A stretch of 64,000 nucleotides of DNA, taken from Octopus bimaculoides. Taxonomy: Eukaryota. Numbering within the stretch: position 1 is the first letter of the stretch; each line of letters opens with the position of its first letter. Below the pieces are notes generated by a model that was not told the origin of the DNA, searched no databases, and worked only from the letters and a program-made list of their open reading frames with translations. The stretch spans positions 106,466,816-106,530,815 of the forward strand of contig NC_068986.1 in assembly GCF_001194135.2 (NCBI RefSeq), in the 5' to 3' direction. Position numbers and translations under genes: made by a program. Of the stretch, positions 50,695 to 64,000 are shown one piece after another.

Positions 50695-52516
50695 CTAATT
50701 CGATTCAGCATGTTACCATATTGATAGAGTGCAGACGACTGTGCGCTGTCATTATACTCTCGCCAGTGTACATTTAGTCTCTCAGCTAAGCTCCTAGAGG
50801 TCTCCACACTTTATGCTGTATTCTGGTTCGTACATTCACTCTCCATGCATTTTATGCGGGAGACTAAATTCGTCGTCTTACATTTATAAGAACATACAAT
50901 GTATTTCCTATCAATATATGTGGCCTTGTCGAATGGTTATGTCATACATATCTGTGACCTGATGAACCCCTTGGTTTCTTGACTAGTTTAATGCAGAGTT
51001 TAGCTAAAAACATTGTTAAAGGGCCTACGTGCTATTAAATGCCTCGCTTTGCTGGACACTGCTAAAGGAATAGTAAGAAGCTGGTTGATGACAACCTACT
51101 TTGTATAACTCAGCTGGTTAATCACATTCGGCTTTTTTCGATAACATGCGTCGATCTTTTAACATATGACACAGGCTGTCATGAAGAGGGAATGTCACAT
51201 GATGCAGAAGATATTGAAAGTAGGGAGAGGTTAGCGTCACACAATGATGAGTGAACTCCTTCCAATGACGATGATGATAATAATGGTAGTGGTGGTAGTA
51301 GTGGTGTAACTGATGGTTGTGGTGATGGTATTTGTGACGGTGGTGGTTGTGGTGATGCGTCAAGGAGAATCTAGTGGACCAACATAATTAGTTATGGATA
51401 ATACAGTTCCATGCAATCAGAATTTAATTCATTAGTTCTGAATACATAAAAATAGAAAAAATTAAAAAAATAATAATATCCAATGCATAGAAGAAATCAA
51501 GTTGTCGTATGGGTGCTAATTGAATTCTTGTCACGTAATCGTAATTTCAAATTTACTTGTTACCTCGAGAAACAGTAATTTCACCAAAAAATACCTCCCT
51601 TACACACAAACGATTGTAACATAAAACACCATTAACACCAGTACTTTTGTTACGATAAAATATCCTGCAACAAATGTCACACAGACGTAAATGACGTAAT
51701 GTCAGAGGTAAACTGACAATAAAAGAACAACTTCATTATTGCTAATAAATTTTAAGTAAGTAACATTAAAAAGTTAACTAGACAAAAAAATTATATGTCT
51801 CGAAAATAAAGAAGGATTACTGAGTTATATTTATTTTAATTGTTATAGAGGTTACCTGAGAAAAGTACGAGCATATTATAGTCTATAGTGAAAGGGGGGA
51901 CTTGACTTTACTGAAACTGTCGATTAGTGAAGGGGGAATCATTGGCTAATTGTACAAGATCGAAATGTGGTTGAAGAATAAACTAGAATTAGCTAATACG
52001 TAATAACAGGTGGGCGTATGTCTGTCTGCTGTTACACTTACATTTAACGAAAAAAAAATTTAATGGAAGTGACTTTACATACTACATAGACCGGTTAACA
52101 ACTAACCACTTAATAGCCACATCAAGAAGCATTTTTATTTGGACAACCAGGGAAGGATTGGAAAATGCTCGATCTGTAGGTAGATAGACAGAAAAGAACA
52201 CAAACAGTTTATGTATGTATGCGTTATATCGGCCAAAAGCACACTAAAATTTTGAGCAGTAATATTTCATGCAATCGTTGGTTATGGCCAGTCGGAAAGT
52301 TTCGATTGGTTTCACATCTATTATTGCACTTGGCAATGTAGGTAACTCTTTAGACCTGCTGGTCAGAGGCACACAACCTCTTTACTAAAGAAGGTAAAAA
52401 TACTGTCTTGGTCAGCTTAGTGGTGAGAAAGACCTAAAATGAGAAATATTTTTCGAAATGAAAGCAGGGATTTCATAAGCCCTACAACCTTTTCCGGTGC
52501 AAGATTTCCTCCAATA

Positions 52517-52740
52517 TACGAGGGGTGGGGGGCTGAAAAAATTCCTAACCTTAAGGGTATCGAGAAATGCCTGCTGAAGGCCCAATCTTACAAGTTCTTT
52601 TAAAGGGCTTAGAAATATCGAAGGACCGCTGCAATAAGTCTATGAATCTGAGACGGGAATATGTTGAATAAAATCATAATTGAGTGATTCCCTTGTATTT
52701 TCTTTTACTTAAAACAAAGAACTTTTTAGCACGCCTCGTA
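52517..52740 (+). mobile_element. Mariner-derived MITE (224 bp including TA)
   Basis: TACGAGGGG..ctgaaaaaattc / gaactttttagcacgcctcgTA termini; the interior retains a transposase C-terminal-like KDRCNK..GEYVE* segment. Confidence 0.8.
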
Positions 52741-53011
52741 GTCTTCTTAAAGATTCAGATAGGACTTTACAGCATGTCACCACAGAGTGCAGACAATAAA
52801 AAAATCTATATAGATAAAAAGCTATATAGATAACAAAAGAGGCTCTTAGAGTAAATGGCAGCACGTAGGATAAGCTGATAGAAAATAACAACAGGCAAAA
52901 TTATACGTGATCTTTTCCACGCACATACAATAACATAAACGGCGAAACCAAATAATTCGCCAGGAATGTCGGTATAGCCGATCGGGTGGAAACTTTAGCG
53001 TAGAAAAATGA

Positions 53012-53240
53012 TTCTTATCTCTTTATTGCCCACAAGGGGCTAAACATAGAGGGGACAAACAAGGACAGACAAAGGGATTAAGTTGATTACATGGACCCCA
53101 GTGCGTAACTGGTGCTTAATTTATTGACACCGAAAGGATGAAAAGCAAAGTTGACCTTGGCAGAATTTGAACTCAGAACGTATAGTCAGACGGAATGCAT
53201 TTCGCCTGGCGTGCTAACGTTTCTGCCAGCTCGCCGCCTT
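53012..53240 (-). mobile_element. SINE family 2, full length
   Basis: Reverse complement runs from ggcggcgagctggcagaaacgttagc to gggcaataaagagataag. Confidence 0.92.
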
Positions 53241-54732
53241 TTTGTTGTATTTCGTTGTATATATCAATATATTTAGTTATATATCGATGATTTGTTTCAC
53301 CGTCGTGTTTTCATTGTTTTCATTCTACTTCGGCGTGTCGAGAAATGATTCTATTTCCATCAAAGTTTACAAACGCAACTTCGTCTTCAACCCTAAGTTC
53401 AAGGTCGATAAAATAAGAACCAATTGAGCACTGGGATCGATGTAATCAATTTATCCTTCCTCCATTAAATTGCTGGCCTTGTACCAAAATCTGAAACCAA
53501 TATTTTACTGTGAAAAAGAGCCGTGCAGTAAACTATTCTGACGGCCTCGTAAATTTGAGCATATAATAAAAGGTTCCCAACCAGCAGTGTCCACAAAGTC
53601 GGTGCTGTAGCTATATGCTAACATTACAGATATAAGTGTTGTTTACTATGAGAATGGAGTCTGAGTAAATTATTCTCGTGGCACATTTTGCTTTCTTCAG
53701 CTCCCTGTGTATATTCATATACTTTTATTTAGTAAATATTTCGCTACTATTTTCACAAATGTGGTGAAGATTGATGGCATTATAACGCCATCAAAATATG
53801 CCCCAAAATGTTCCTAATAGACAAGTACAAGTATATCAAATACCATTCAGCATAAACTCTTCATTTATCAAAATCATCTCCACCCGTAGAGGGTGTATAA
53901 TAAAGACCTAATGGCATGTATGACCAACTACTCTTTTGAAGAGGAAGTAATTTCATGAACCAATAATTCTGCAAAGCCGGTTGGCCATTATAGAATGGGA
54001 CAGGCGTATTGTTTGGAGAATTGTCGTGAAGACGTGTTCAATAGCCACCATCAGCACAACAGCTGACAGGTCTTATCACCCCTAGCCGAAGGACTGCAGT
54101 TTACACATTAAAGTGTAGAGCACATTGATGGCGTAGGTAGTCCGTATAATTTAAACAACGATGAGTTATGAGAAACATATCTGAGTGGAAAAATTTAAGC
54201 AATATGCAGTTGTTTTTCTTAGCTTTTTTAGGTTATCTTTGTCTTTGGTAATTGGTTCAGTAATGAAATTAGTCCATGACATGTGTTCTTGTTTTTTCTT
54301 CTTTTTTTTTTTTGCTTGTTGCAAAATATTTCCTAAATACCATATAACTGAACCAAACTCGGAACCATGTAGTTGTAAAGAGAGCATGTTTACTAGGTAC
54401 TCATATCTGCGCCTTGTAATCATTTAAAATACTAATTTCTGTCTCCATATATATATTCATCATAAGGGCACACAATTTTTCAGTGTTATTCGTGGTTTAA
54501 ACGAGGGTTTTAACTCTTCTTTCTAGCAGGTAGGCGCCTTGCGTGCCCTTATAATGAATACAAATTTTAATTCTATAGCTATCTAATGCTATTTAAGTCC
54601 TACAACCACCTGTATTATTGTTGCTTTTATTATCGACTATTTATATCTATCGCAGATAATAGTATCAATAATGATATTTATATAAATATTCACTTCTGAA
54701 TATTTACTCCTTATTGATATATATATATATAT

Positions 54733-54846
54733 AAATCAAAATAAGCAACAAGGATATTCAAAGGTAATACATGCTCAATTAAATGGAGTCGCATAAAACG
54801 ATCGTACTGCATTACCTTTGTATATCCTTGTTGCTTATTTTGATTT
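54733..54846. repeat. Inverted repeat with about 38-bp arms
   Basis: aaatcaaaataagcaacaaggatattcaaaggtaat / attacctttgtatatccttgttgcttattttgattt. Confidence 0.85.
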
Positions 54847-54925
54847 TAATCACCTTATTTTGAAACTGTATGGATAATACGATACTAAATTCTGGTGCCT
54901 AAACTTAAGTACCATATTCATCTGA

Positions 54926-54971
<46 letters not shown>

Positions 54972-56328
54972 ATACTTTTACACCATATGGTAATATTTCG
55001 GTTTCAATGCCTTGAGCAAGTAGAAATAGAAAATGCATTAAACTTCTGCACGGATGTGTGGTTATATAGTGCCTATGCAACATGTATATACTGATAGCGG
55101 TAGATAAATCAATGAGTAATGCGCAGCTCTGGTCCGTCTTTAATTGTGGTTTTTATTTTTAACAAAATGATCTCTTTAAGTCTCAGATTTGAAATATTCT
55201 ATTTTCCCTGATTTTACAAGTCACTCTGATTTACTGGTAACGTCATCTCATTACTCTAATAACCGGAAATCTTTGCGTGGGAAGTGTTTATTTATTTATT
55301 TTTTTTTTTTTTTACCCGGCTGCAAATTTTTTAAATTATGTTGTCGATGGAAGACTCTGTTTTTTTTTTATTACATGCTATGTGACATATGGCTGTAAAC
55401 ATACGTTTGCTTTGCCAATTGCGTAGTTAGTGAGTGGGTAGTCTTACGTTGTCTGTGTATGGATACCAAGAGTAATCGTCATCATCATCGTAACCAGGGG
55501 TTGGTGGCTTCGGTGGTGGTAGTGATGGTGGTAGTGGTGGTGGTGGTGGTGATGGTGGGGGCGGTGTCATAATTTTTCCTCGAGTCGAGTAACCCATCCC
55601 TCTCAAAGGGTCCTTGAATAAAGGTTGTTTGAATATGATGAACGAAAGACCCATGTTTCCAGAGCTGAATTGTTTTAACTCCAAAACAATTCATCTCAAC
55701 ACAATGGTTATGAGGCTACCCTATTACTGCTCGTGAACAGAGATTCACATACACATATCGTCATCCATTAAGAGACATGCTCCACTGGTTAAAGTCAAGC
55801 AACTGTCAAGCAAATCTCTGGCATAAAGCAGAATATTAGCTGTAACCCATTTTTTAGGGTTATTTTTGAACATGACGTTGTCCTTGAAGAATCTACGCGC
55901 TTTTCATACCACGCTATGCGGGCAGCTTTGTTACACACCTTTTGCTTGATGGTTTCTATGATGGTGTCGATGTCGAGTATGGTTTTTATATATTTTTTTT
56001 TTAACTTTCGAATGTTTTGTTGGTTTGATAGTCTTGTGAAACTTAAGGTTTTTTTTTATGTCAGATCTAAGAAGGCTTTTTGTGGGAATGTTGTCGCTTT
56101 CTAATCTTTTCACCGTATAGAACAGTTGAGATTTTCGCGGACGCACAACACAGGCGGTTGAGATCTATAATATCAACATCATTAGCTGATATCATATCCT
56201 TAAATGCATGGTGGATTTTACCAACTGCTTTCAGGTTTTGGTTAGAATTTCGACACCGTACCAAACAAAAACAAAGTGCGACACCGTACCGAACAAAAAC
56301 AAAGCGATTTCCCACAAGGGAATATAAA

Positions 56329-58660
56329 ATGGAGAAAATTAGATTAAATCATAACCAAATACTCAGTTTAAATCATGACCAAAAAGTTATACCTGGAAAG
56401 ATAGCTACGAATAAAAAATAGAAGCGATTGTCGATCTATTAACCTACGATATGATAAATATATCCATTTGAAGAACAAGGAAGCGGCGTCAGGTCAAAAT
56501 TTCAACTCTGAACAGACAGATCCGTCTCCTATTTTCACTGTCAATGATTTAATGACAAGCCAAAACACATGCCGAATCTGTCATCACCCGGGACAGCAAG
56601 GACCGCGTTACTCAATGGGGAACCAGACTGGGGTTCAAAAGTCTGCTGCTGTAACAAACTCTCAAAAACAAGGTAACGAGATTCAGGATAACATTAACCC
56701 TAGACCTGTAGTGATGCCAACAAAAATATTACCGAAAGCAAAACGCAGAAAATGGACTAGAGACGATTATAGAGATGTGTTGAAAGCGTTCTATACAGCC
56801 CGACTAACCCCAACCAATAACCACATAGTACAAAATTACACTTCATGGAGACACTTAGTAGGCAATGAAGTATGCAGATATATAGATGCAAATAAACTAA
56901 GTAATGTATGTAGAAACATCATGAAGAATAAAAGGTTAACTGACGTTGAAATTAGCGAAATTAGGACACAAATATCTCATGGCAGACCAAATGAAAACAA
57001 CAAATAGGTAATAGATTCACAGAACCCAGTATACGAGCAGTAAATCCCAACGAGCGAGCTGAAGAAAGATTAGCGAAGAACACATATGCGGAAAAAGAGG
57101 AAAAGTAGACCAACCACAAAAACACCAGAGCAGCTATGATACAAAATTTGAAGCCAATAATAAAGTGAAGATCATAGAACCAAGAAGAAATATATCATCA
57201 GCGACCTCAGCAACACCGAGTCTTCTGACATCATCAGTAGACAACTATTGGCAAAGTTCTTAAACAACATCAAAAAAAAAAAAATTAAAACAACGTAATC
57301 ATGATATATAATGTTGCTCTTAGAACTTACGTAATAAGAGAAATGATCTAACAACCTTAAATAACTTCATCTGTTCCACTGCAAAAAATTATAACTGCTC
57401 AGCTAGGTATTAAGACAACCAACCATGTCAATAGACCTTCTAAGTGGAAAGTCGCAATAAAAAACGAGACCGAATCTGCGGGCGGATGTATCAGTTCTCG
57501 ATGAACTTGCTAGAGGAGTAAATGTCAAGGCAAAACGAGCTAGAAAAAAATCAAGCAAAAATATAAAACAATAGATTTTATAAATCTCCCTGCAACTAAG
57601 GAACAATTGAAACAACGAATACTATAGAAAGCCCGACGGCTGAGAAAGTATGACAAAAGAATCAAATTTTATCGACAAAACAAGATATTCAAGACGGATG
57701 GAAAGAAATGTTATAGGGAAATTAGCAAAAGTAAGATAGAAATAAAGGAGCCACCTGAGACTGAGGAAATGGAAGAGTTCTGGAATAAGATATGGAGCAA
57801 CAAAAACGAATATAATGCTAAAGCTGACTGGATGGACTGTGAGAGAGACTGGATGAAGTTGAACAGAATGGAAGGCAATAGAGACAGAAGAGCTAAGAGG
57901 TGTTCTTAGGAAAACCCCAAGCCTGGACCGAATACCTAACTTCTGGTTAAACTGTCTAACAGAAGTACACCAAAATCTCGCTTCATCTCTGACTGAACCC
58001 AGATGAAATACCTGCCTTCCTACCCGAAGGAACAACATACCTTCTACCAAAAACTGAAATCGCAGAAAATTCAAAGAACTCCCGACCTATAACATGTCTC
58101 AACACCTCCTACAAGATCCTCACATCTCTATTAACGGACAGAATACACACTTTCCTTGAACAGATGTCTATTCTTCCACTCTCTCTCTCCATTACTCTTT
58201 TGCATGGCACTGATCCCACCCTCAAACTAATGAAGTAACACCAGGTATGGATTCAACGTTTACAATACGACAATAAACCATGTTTTATATGGACGATCTG
58301 AAGCTCTATACTAGAAATGAAGAAAAGCTAGTAGGGCCGCTAACAACTGGTAAAGAATTCAGTAATGATATTGGGATGGACTTTGGCCTTGAAAAGTGTG
58401 CTAAGCAACGTTTGTAAGACGCAAGCTCAGAAAAACAGCTTCCATTTAATAGATATCGACACTGCCATGAACGAGCTTGACCCACAAGAAAATTACAAAT
58501 AACTGGGGATAGACGAGGATGGTATACAACTTGCTAGCATGAAAGAAAAAATAAGAAAGGAATATTATAGAAGAATAAAACTCATACTTAAAACAACTGA
58601 AATCTAAAAATCAAAGCCATTAACACCCCGGCACTTCTAATAGTCCAATATAGTTTTCAA
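56329..58660 (+). mobile_element. R4/Dong retrotransposon retaining the N-terminal region; RT internally deleted and 3'-truncated
   Basis: RRKWTRDDYRDVLKAFY..NKLSNVCRNIMKNKRLTDVEI, RPITCLNTSYKILTS, (deletion of RT motifs 2-4), SLSPLLFCMAL, YMDDLKLY, DIGMDFGLEKCA, YK.LG. Confidence 0.88.
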
Positions 58661-58769
58661 AATTATAATAAAATACAAAGACGTGAGGTTAATATCAATC
58701 AAGGGGAGATACTACCCCATTGACGGATAAAAGACAGGATATATACTAAAAAGTTGAGAAATATATAAT

Positions 58770-59490
58770 AAATAAATAAATGAATAAATAAATAAATATA
58801 ATTCCCAATAGCAGGGCAGACCACTTAGAGTAATCCGGGGTAAACCCCACACAAGAATCTCGGATTACTCTGCCAACTCCAAGGCATGGGAAAGTTCTTC
58901 CTTCCAGTCTCTTTCGTACTGTTTGGAAAAGCATATTCACAGTATATACATTCAGTCTCACCGGTCTTGCCACTATCGACCACCTTTTAATAAACACACC
59001 AGAAGGCAGCACCTTCCTCTCTACCCTCACCTTCCTCTTCAAATGATATTTGAAGAAATGTATGAGGACTTGACTGGATATGGATGTGCCTGTCTTCAAA
59101 CCGTTCAGACTCGTCCACTACACAGCTTTTTTGACACATCCACCAAGCAGAGAAAACATGTCTTCCTTTTCTGCTAAGGGAAGGTGGTACGTAGATCTTC
59201 ACTATAAATTCGGCAGACAACTGAATTCGTCTTACACGCGACAACAGCTGCTCCACACAGCTCTCTAATGCACAGACACTAAATTCTTGCATACAGGACG
59301 TCCTCCAGAAGGCATCTCGGGCAGGTTCGGCTCTTGGCACTTCCATACCCGAAGAGCTTGTCTCGAACCGTCAATGCCCCTCTGTAGCACTGCCAAGTCA
59401 AAGACTTTAGAAAATTGTCCATGATCCTCAACCCGAAGGTCATCTGGAAGAGATTACTGAAACTGTTCTCGTCGATGCCTAGATTCAATC
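58770..59490 (-). mobile_element. Tx1/L1-like LINE 3' end
   Basis: zf-RVT-like WQCYRGALTVRDKLFGYGSAKSRTCPRC, then VEQLLSRV..IQLSAE, FKYHLKRKVRVERKVL..FIKRW; (TTTA)n tail. Confidence 0.75.
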
Positions 59491-59607
59491 CCCGTGGAGA
59501 ACTCTTGCATCTCAACCCCATGGAGAACTCTTGCAGCTCCAAGCAATGCTGATTTGTAGGTGTTCTATCTTTAAATTTATACCAATCTTTTTGGGCCGGG
59601 TTGGTAG

Positions 59608-59860
59608 TTAAGCGCTGATGTTTCTAAGCGAGCCGATCATTATTCGTATCACGTCCAATCTCTTCATTGCCCTCAAAGTGCGTATTTCCCACTTCAATTT
59701 ATCATAATTGTTCCCTTTTTCTTCCTCTTTCTTTTCAATCCTTTTGTAATCAGGACATGCTATATCGATTATCAGGCATATTTTATCTTCACTGTTCATC
59801 ACAGTAATGTCAAATTTCCGATGTCTAAATTGATTGTCACGCTGAATCATTGTATCCCAA
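59608..59860 (-). mobile_element. R4/Dong RLE C-terminal fragment
   Basis: WDTMIQRD..RKFDI..CLIIDIACPD..KEEEK..YDKLKWEIRTLRAMK..IGSL. Confidence 0.8.
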
Positions 59861-59872
59861 GTCGGACAAAAT

Positions 59873-60245
59873 GCTGGCAGAATCGTTAGCACGCCGGGCG
59901 AAATGCTTAGCGGTATTTCGTCTGCCGTTACGTTCTGAGTTCAAACTCCGCCGAGGTCCACTTTGCCTTTCATCCTTTCGGGGTCGATAAATTAAGTACC
60001 AGTTACGCACTGGGGTCGATGTAATCGACTTAATCCGTTCGTCTGTTCTTGTTTGTTCCCTCTATGTTTAGCCCCTTGTGGGCAATAACGAAATAAGTAT
60101 TTCGTCAGTCTTTACATTCTGAGTTCAAATTCCGCCGAGGTCAACTTTGCCTTCATTCTTTCGTGGTGGATAAATCAAGTCCCAGTAAAGCACTGGGGGT
60201 GGGGGGTCGTAATCGACTACTCCGCTAACCCCAAATTTCACGCCC
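59873..60245 (+). mobile_element. SINE family 2, full copy plus an adjacent partial second copy
   Basis: 59873-60097 complete; 60097-60245 restarts at tatttcgtc..ctgagttcaaattccgccgagg. Confidence 0.9.
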
Positions 60246-60279
60246 CTAGCCTATCATAGAAAAGATTATCGTTATTGTT

Positions 60280-60314
<35 letters not shown>

Positions 60315-60561
60315 TAACATCATTATCATTATCATCTTTCGTTTGCTTCTATTTCTTGCCGAATGTCTTCTTGATACCTAGGCTAGAGGAACATTACCTA
60401 CCTGTATACATTGGTAGGCTATTGAAATAAACACACCAGATTGTTCAAATATAACGTCATGTGATAGGGAAAAAGATTAACAAAGATAGAGAGAAAAATG
60501 AAAAAAAATAAATAAATAAAAGTAAACAAAGAAAATAAAAAAGAAAAAAAGAAAAGAAAAT

Positions 60562-61068
60562 TCACAGCGACAATGCTCTTCTCAGTATGTGTGACCTACC
60601 AGTGAAGACAATCTTTTGCACTTCCGGCATGGATGATGATAAGCCAGAGATCATTCTTAAATAACTTTCAGTTCCATTTTCCATCATTCCATTGCTCCTA
60701 CAATCGCTGGTATTTAAACCGTCTTGAGATGACACATCTTTTCGATCTCAATTATCATATCTTTATATTTTCTGAGCTTATCAAGTTCTTTTGCCAAGAT
60801 ATTATGGTCACAAGGTATGCTTATGACAATCAATGAACAAATTTTATTGTTTTTGTCTTACACAACAATATCTGGTATATTTGCTTTCATGGTCCGGTCT
60901 GTACCTGCTGGAAAGCCCCAAAGAATCGTTACACTTTCTCCCTCAGTTACAATCTCAAGGTGCTGTATGCATCATGTGTCAGCGGTTGGCCAGTCTTGTC
61001 ATGCCTTGACTTCTTCTTTGCAGGTGCTAAAAGCTTGCACCCAGAGATTAGGTGGTCGACTGTTTTTT
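60562..61068 (-). mobile_element. R4/Dong 3' fragment (zinc knuckle and RLE)
   Basis: TVDHLISGCKLLAP..RHDK, TILWGF..TDRT.KAN.PDIVV, KELDKLRKYKD, VGA.G, EVQKIVFTG.SHILRRALSL*. Confidence 0.82.
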
Positions 61069-61261
61069 AATTATCAAGTTATATTATTATAATTTTCATA
61101 TATACACAACAGATTAGACTGTTGGAAAAGAAAAACATTCCTAACAACGAGCTACAACAGGTAAACTTAGACCCCCAAAATCCTCCTAAGTGCCCTAGCT
61201 GTCTTTAATAACACTGTTTTCTGGAGCTGTACTAAACTGGATTTTATGTCTATTTCCTCGT

Positions 61262-63620
61262 TTTTGCACAGCTTCTAACGCTCGAGATGTACTACGGTGC
61301 CAGCTGTTCACTACCAGTGAACTAAGGTAACACCCCTTATTTTTCGAGCACCTTCAGGAGTATTCCAGCGGTTGAAAACAGTGCTGTTTTCTGCAAGTGT
61401 TCAACCTTTATTTGAGCCTCTATTTGTTCCATGTACTTCTCAAGATTTTTATTCACAGTTCCCAGAGACCCGACAATTATTGGTACTACTACTACCTTTT
61501 TCAGCGACCACGACTTCTTAACCTCCTAAGCTAATCTGTCATATCTCTCAACTTTTCTTCCTTCCTTATCGCATACCTTGTTGTCAGCTGGGCATGCTAT
61601 ATCTATGATCCAGCATAGTTTATTTTCTTTCTCAATTAAGACTATGTCCGGCTTCCTATTCTCTATCTCATGGTCGCACTGAATCATAAAATCCCATAGG
61701 ATCTTTGCATTTCTATTTTCGACGATGCCTTCAGGCTTGTGGTCGTACCATTTCTTTTTCTCTGTCAAGTCCATACTTGCTGCAAAGTTTTCAATGGACA
61801 AGCCCGGCTATATTGTCGTGACGTCTCTTATATTCCTTCTGAGCTAGTGGCGTATATTGCCTGGTAATATGCCATACGGTTTCATCGTTTTGTCCACAAA
61901 TTCTGCACTTATCACTTTCTGCTGTGTTGTCTATTCTGTCTTTTATGCAGTTTGTTCTTAATGCTTGCTCTTGGATAGCACAGGTGAGAGCCTCCGTTTC
62001 CGGTTTTAAACCACTTTTAGTCATCCACAGCCATTTTTTTCTCTGTCTGTCTTATTTTCAACATCCCTATGACGTTGACCATGCATTCTTTTCTTTNNNN
62101 NNNNNNNNNNNNNNNNNNNNNNNNNNNNNNNNNNNNNNNNNNNNNNNNNNNNNNNNNNNNNNNNNNNNNNNNNNNNNNNNNNNNNNNNNNNNNNNNNNNN
62201 NNNNNNNNNNNNNNNNNNNNNNNNNNNNNNNNNNNNNNNNNNNNNNNNNNNNNNNNNNNNNNNNNNNNNNNNNNNNNNNNNNNNNNNNNNNNNNNNNNNN
62301 NNNNNNNNNNNNNNNNNNNNNNNNNNNNNNNNNNNNNNNNNNNNNNNNNNNNNNNNNNNNNNNNNNNNNNNNNNNNNNNNNNNNNNNNNNNNNNNNNNNN
62401 NNNNNNNNNNNNNNNNNNNNNNNNNNNNNNNNNNNNNNNNNNNNNNNNNNNNNNNNNNNNNNNNNNNNNNNNNNNNNNNNNNNNNNNNNNNNNNNNNNNN
62501 NNNNNNNNNNNNNNNNNNNNNNNNNNNNNNNNNNNNNNNNNNNNNNNNNNNNNNNNNNNNNNNNNNNNNNNNNNNNNNNNNNNNNNNNNNNNNNNNNNNN
62601 NNNNNNNNNNNNNNNNNNNNNNNNNNNNNNNNNNNNNNNNNNNNNNNNNNNNNNNNNNNNNNNNNNNNNNNNNNNNNNNNNNNNNNNNNNNNNNNNNNNN
62701 NNNNNNNNNNNNNNNNNNNNNNNNNNNNNNNNNNNNNNNNNNNNNNNNNNNNNNNNNNNNNNNNNNNNNNNNNNNNNNNNNNNNNNNNNNNNNNNNNNNN
62801 NNNNNNNNNNAACCTCGCCTGACGGTATTGTTAGCCCGTCCATATATTTGATTTTGCCTTACACTTTCTCAGTCCGAACTCCATTCAGATATCAGCACTG
62901 ACGAATACATCGTATCAACGAGGGAACTGACTTTGGCTTCATTTTTACCATAAAGTTTGAGGTCATCCATGAATAACAAATGGTTGACTTTTTGTTGGCG
63001 GCTTTTGAATAAATAATCAACATTTGCTTTCCTCAGAAGCAGTGTTCGTGGTATCAAGTACAGTACAAAGATCAGTGGGGACAGGCAGTCTCCTTGGAAG
63101 ATGCCCCTTCTAATTTCTACTGTCTCAAAACTTCTTCCGTATGCTGTCAGGTCCGTCCTCCAATTCGCCAAACTTTTTCCAAGCAATCAACATTCGATGC
63201 AATCCCAAAAAGGTTCATACACTCCAAAATATAAGAATGTGGGATTATATCGTACGCCTTACGATAGTCGATCCATATCATGGCTAAGTTACTTTTCTAC
63301 CTCTTGCAGTCTCTAAGTACAGTTTTGTCTATCAGGAGTTGATCCTTGGTACCTCTGCACTTACGCTTGCAACCCTTCTGCTCGTGTGGCAGGACTCTGT
63401 GAGTATTCCAGTCAATAACTTCCACATAAGTGGCAAACGGTATATCGGCCTCTGATTGTCTACCATATTGCCTTTTTCGATGTTTTCTAGGCACAGCATT
63501 GTTCTATCCGATGTCAACCATTCCGGTGTTGCTTGGTCGGCATTTAGCAAGGTGTTGAGTTGCGCAGCAGCTATTCGTGCATGACGTTCACCAAATTTTT
63601 TGATCCAGTAGCCTACAGCC
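61262..63620 (-). mobile_element. 5'-truncated R4/Dong retrotransposon (second lineage) spanning an N gap
   Basis: [80 protein letters not shown]; 3' UTR matches 20260-20330. Confidence 0.92.
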
Positions 63621-64000
63621 AAAGAATAAGTAAATAATCTCTCTTCATCACAAAATACAGGCCCCTTCTGAACGCATCTACAACGAATGAAATATCCACC
63701 ACGACCTTAGAATAAAACACACACACAAATATTAAGAATGATAAACTCCAAATAGATACGCAAGGAATTATAAAAAAAAAATTTTTAATATAAAAGAACA
63801 ACCCAATCACTACTCACTCGACTAGTGGATCTAGTTCAAAACGGGGGCACCAGTTTTCATTTATGTTTTATGTAGTGTTTTTGGTACCGAAAGACTTTCA
63901 AACTTTGTATACTTATCTATTTGTATTCGAAGTTATTCCATGTAAAAAATTGTCTTATCTCGATAATTTCAACCAATCACTGACAAGTATTCAGCTGTTT

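Noticed and set aside
55575-55850. Segment that looks like a dispersed octopus repeat, and a similar case at 63835-64000
   Set aside because: No second copy or diagnostic motif within the window, so it cannot be supported or classified from this sequence alone.

Overview
AT-rich, gap-riddled eukaryotic (metazoan) DNA made almost entirely of microsatellites and decayed transposons. The SINE families and repeat load look like an octopus/coleoid genome; this is recognition from memory, not a search result. I found no convincing host protein-coding gene, rRNA, true tRNA or CRISPR array, and nearly all ORF-track entries are microsatellite or N-run artefacts. Recognisable content: (i) about ten fragments of R4/Dong-clade RLE-type non-LTR retrotransposons, several nested in (TAA)n arrays, with clusters at 41-45 kb and 56-63.6 kb; (ii) RTE-BovB-like, Tx1/L1-like and Helitron fragments; (iii) mariner/Tc1 and hAT remnants, including a 1245-bp TIR-complete mariner and a 224-bp MITE; (iv) three tRNA-derived SINE families; (v) several 100-350 bp fold-back palindromes. 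The most interesting signal is a set of short (about 110-180 bp) dispersed repeats from several families, each carrying a minimal type I hammerhead ribozyme fold, as known from Penelope-like element pseudo-LTRs and retrozymes. One copy is structurally complete (49885-49930, minus). One family carries a CUGUUGA (A6U) core in more than one copy. All copies with an intact junction have an extra nucleotide after A9. Several occur as head-to-head inverted pairs, and most end against (TA)n tracts. All family assignments come from manual translation and motif recognition; coordinates of degenerate elements are approximate.
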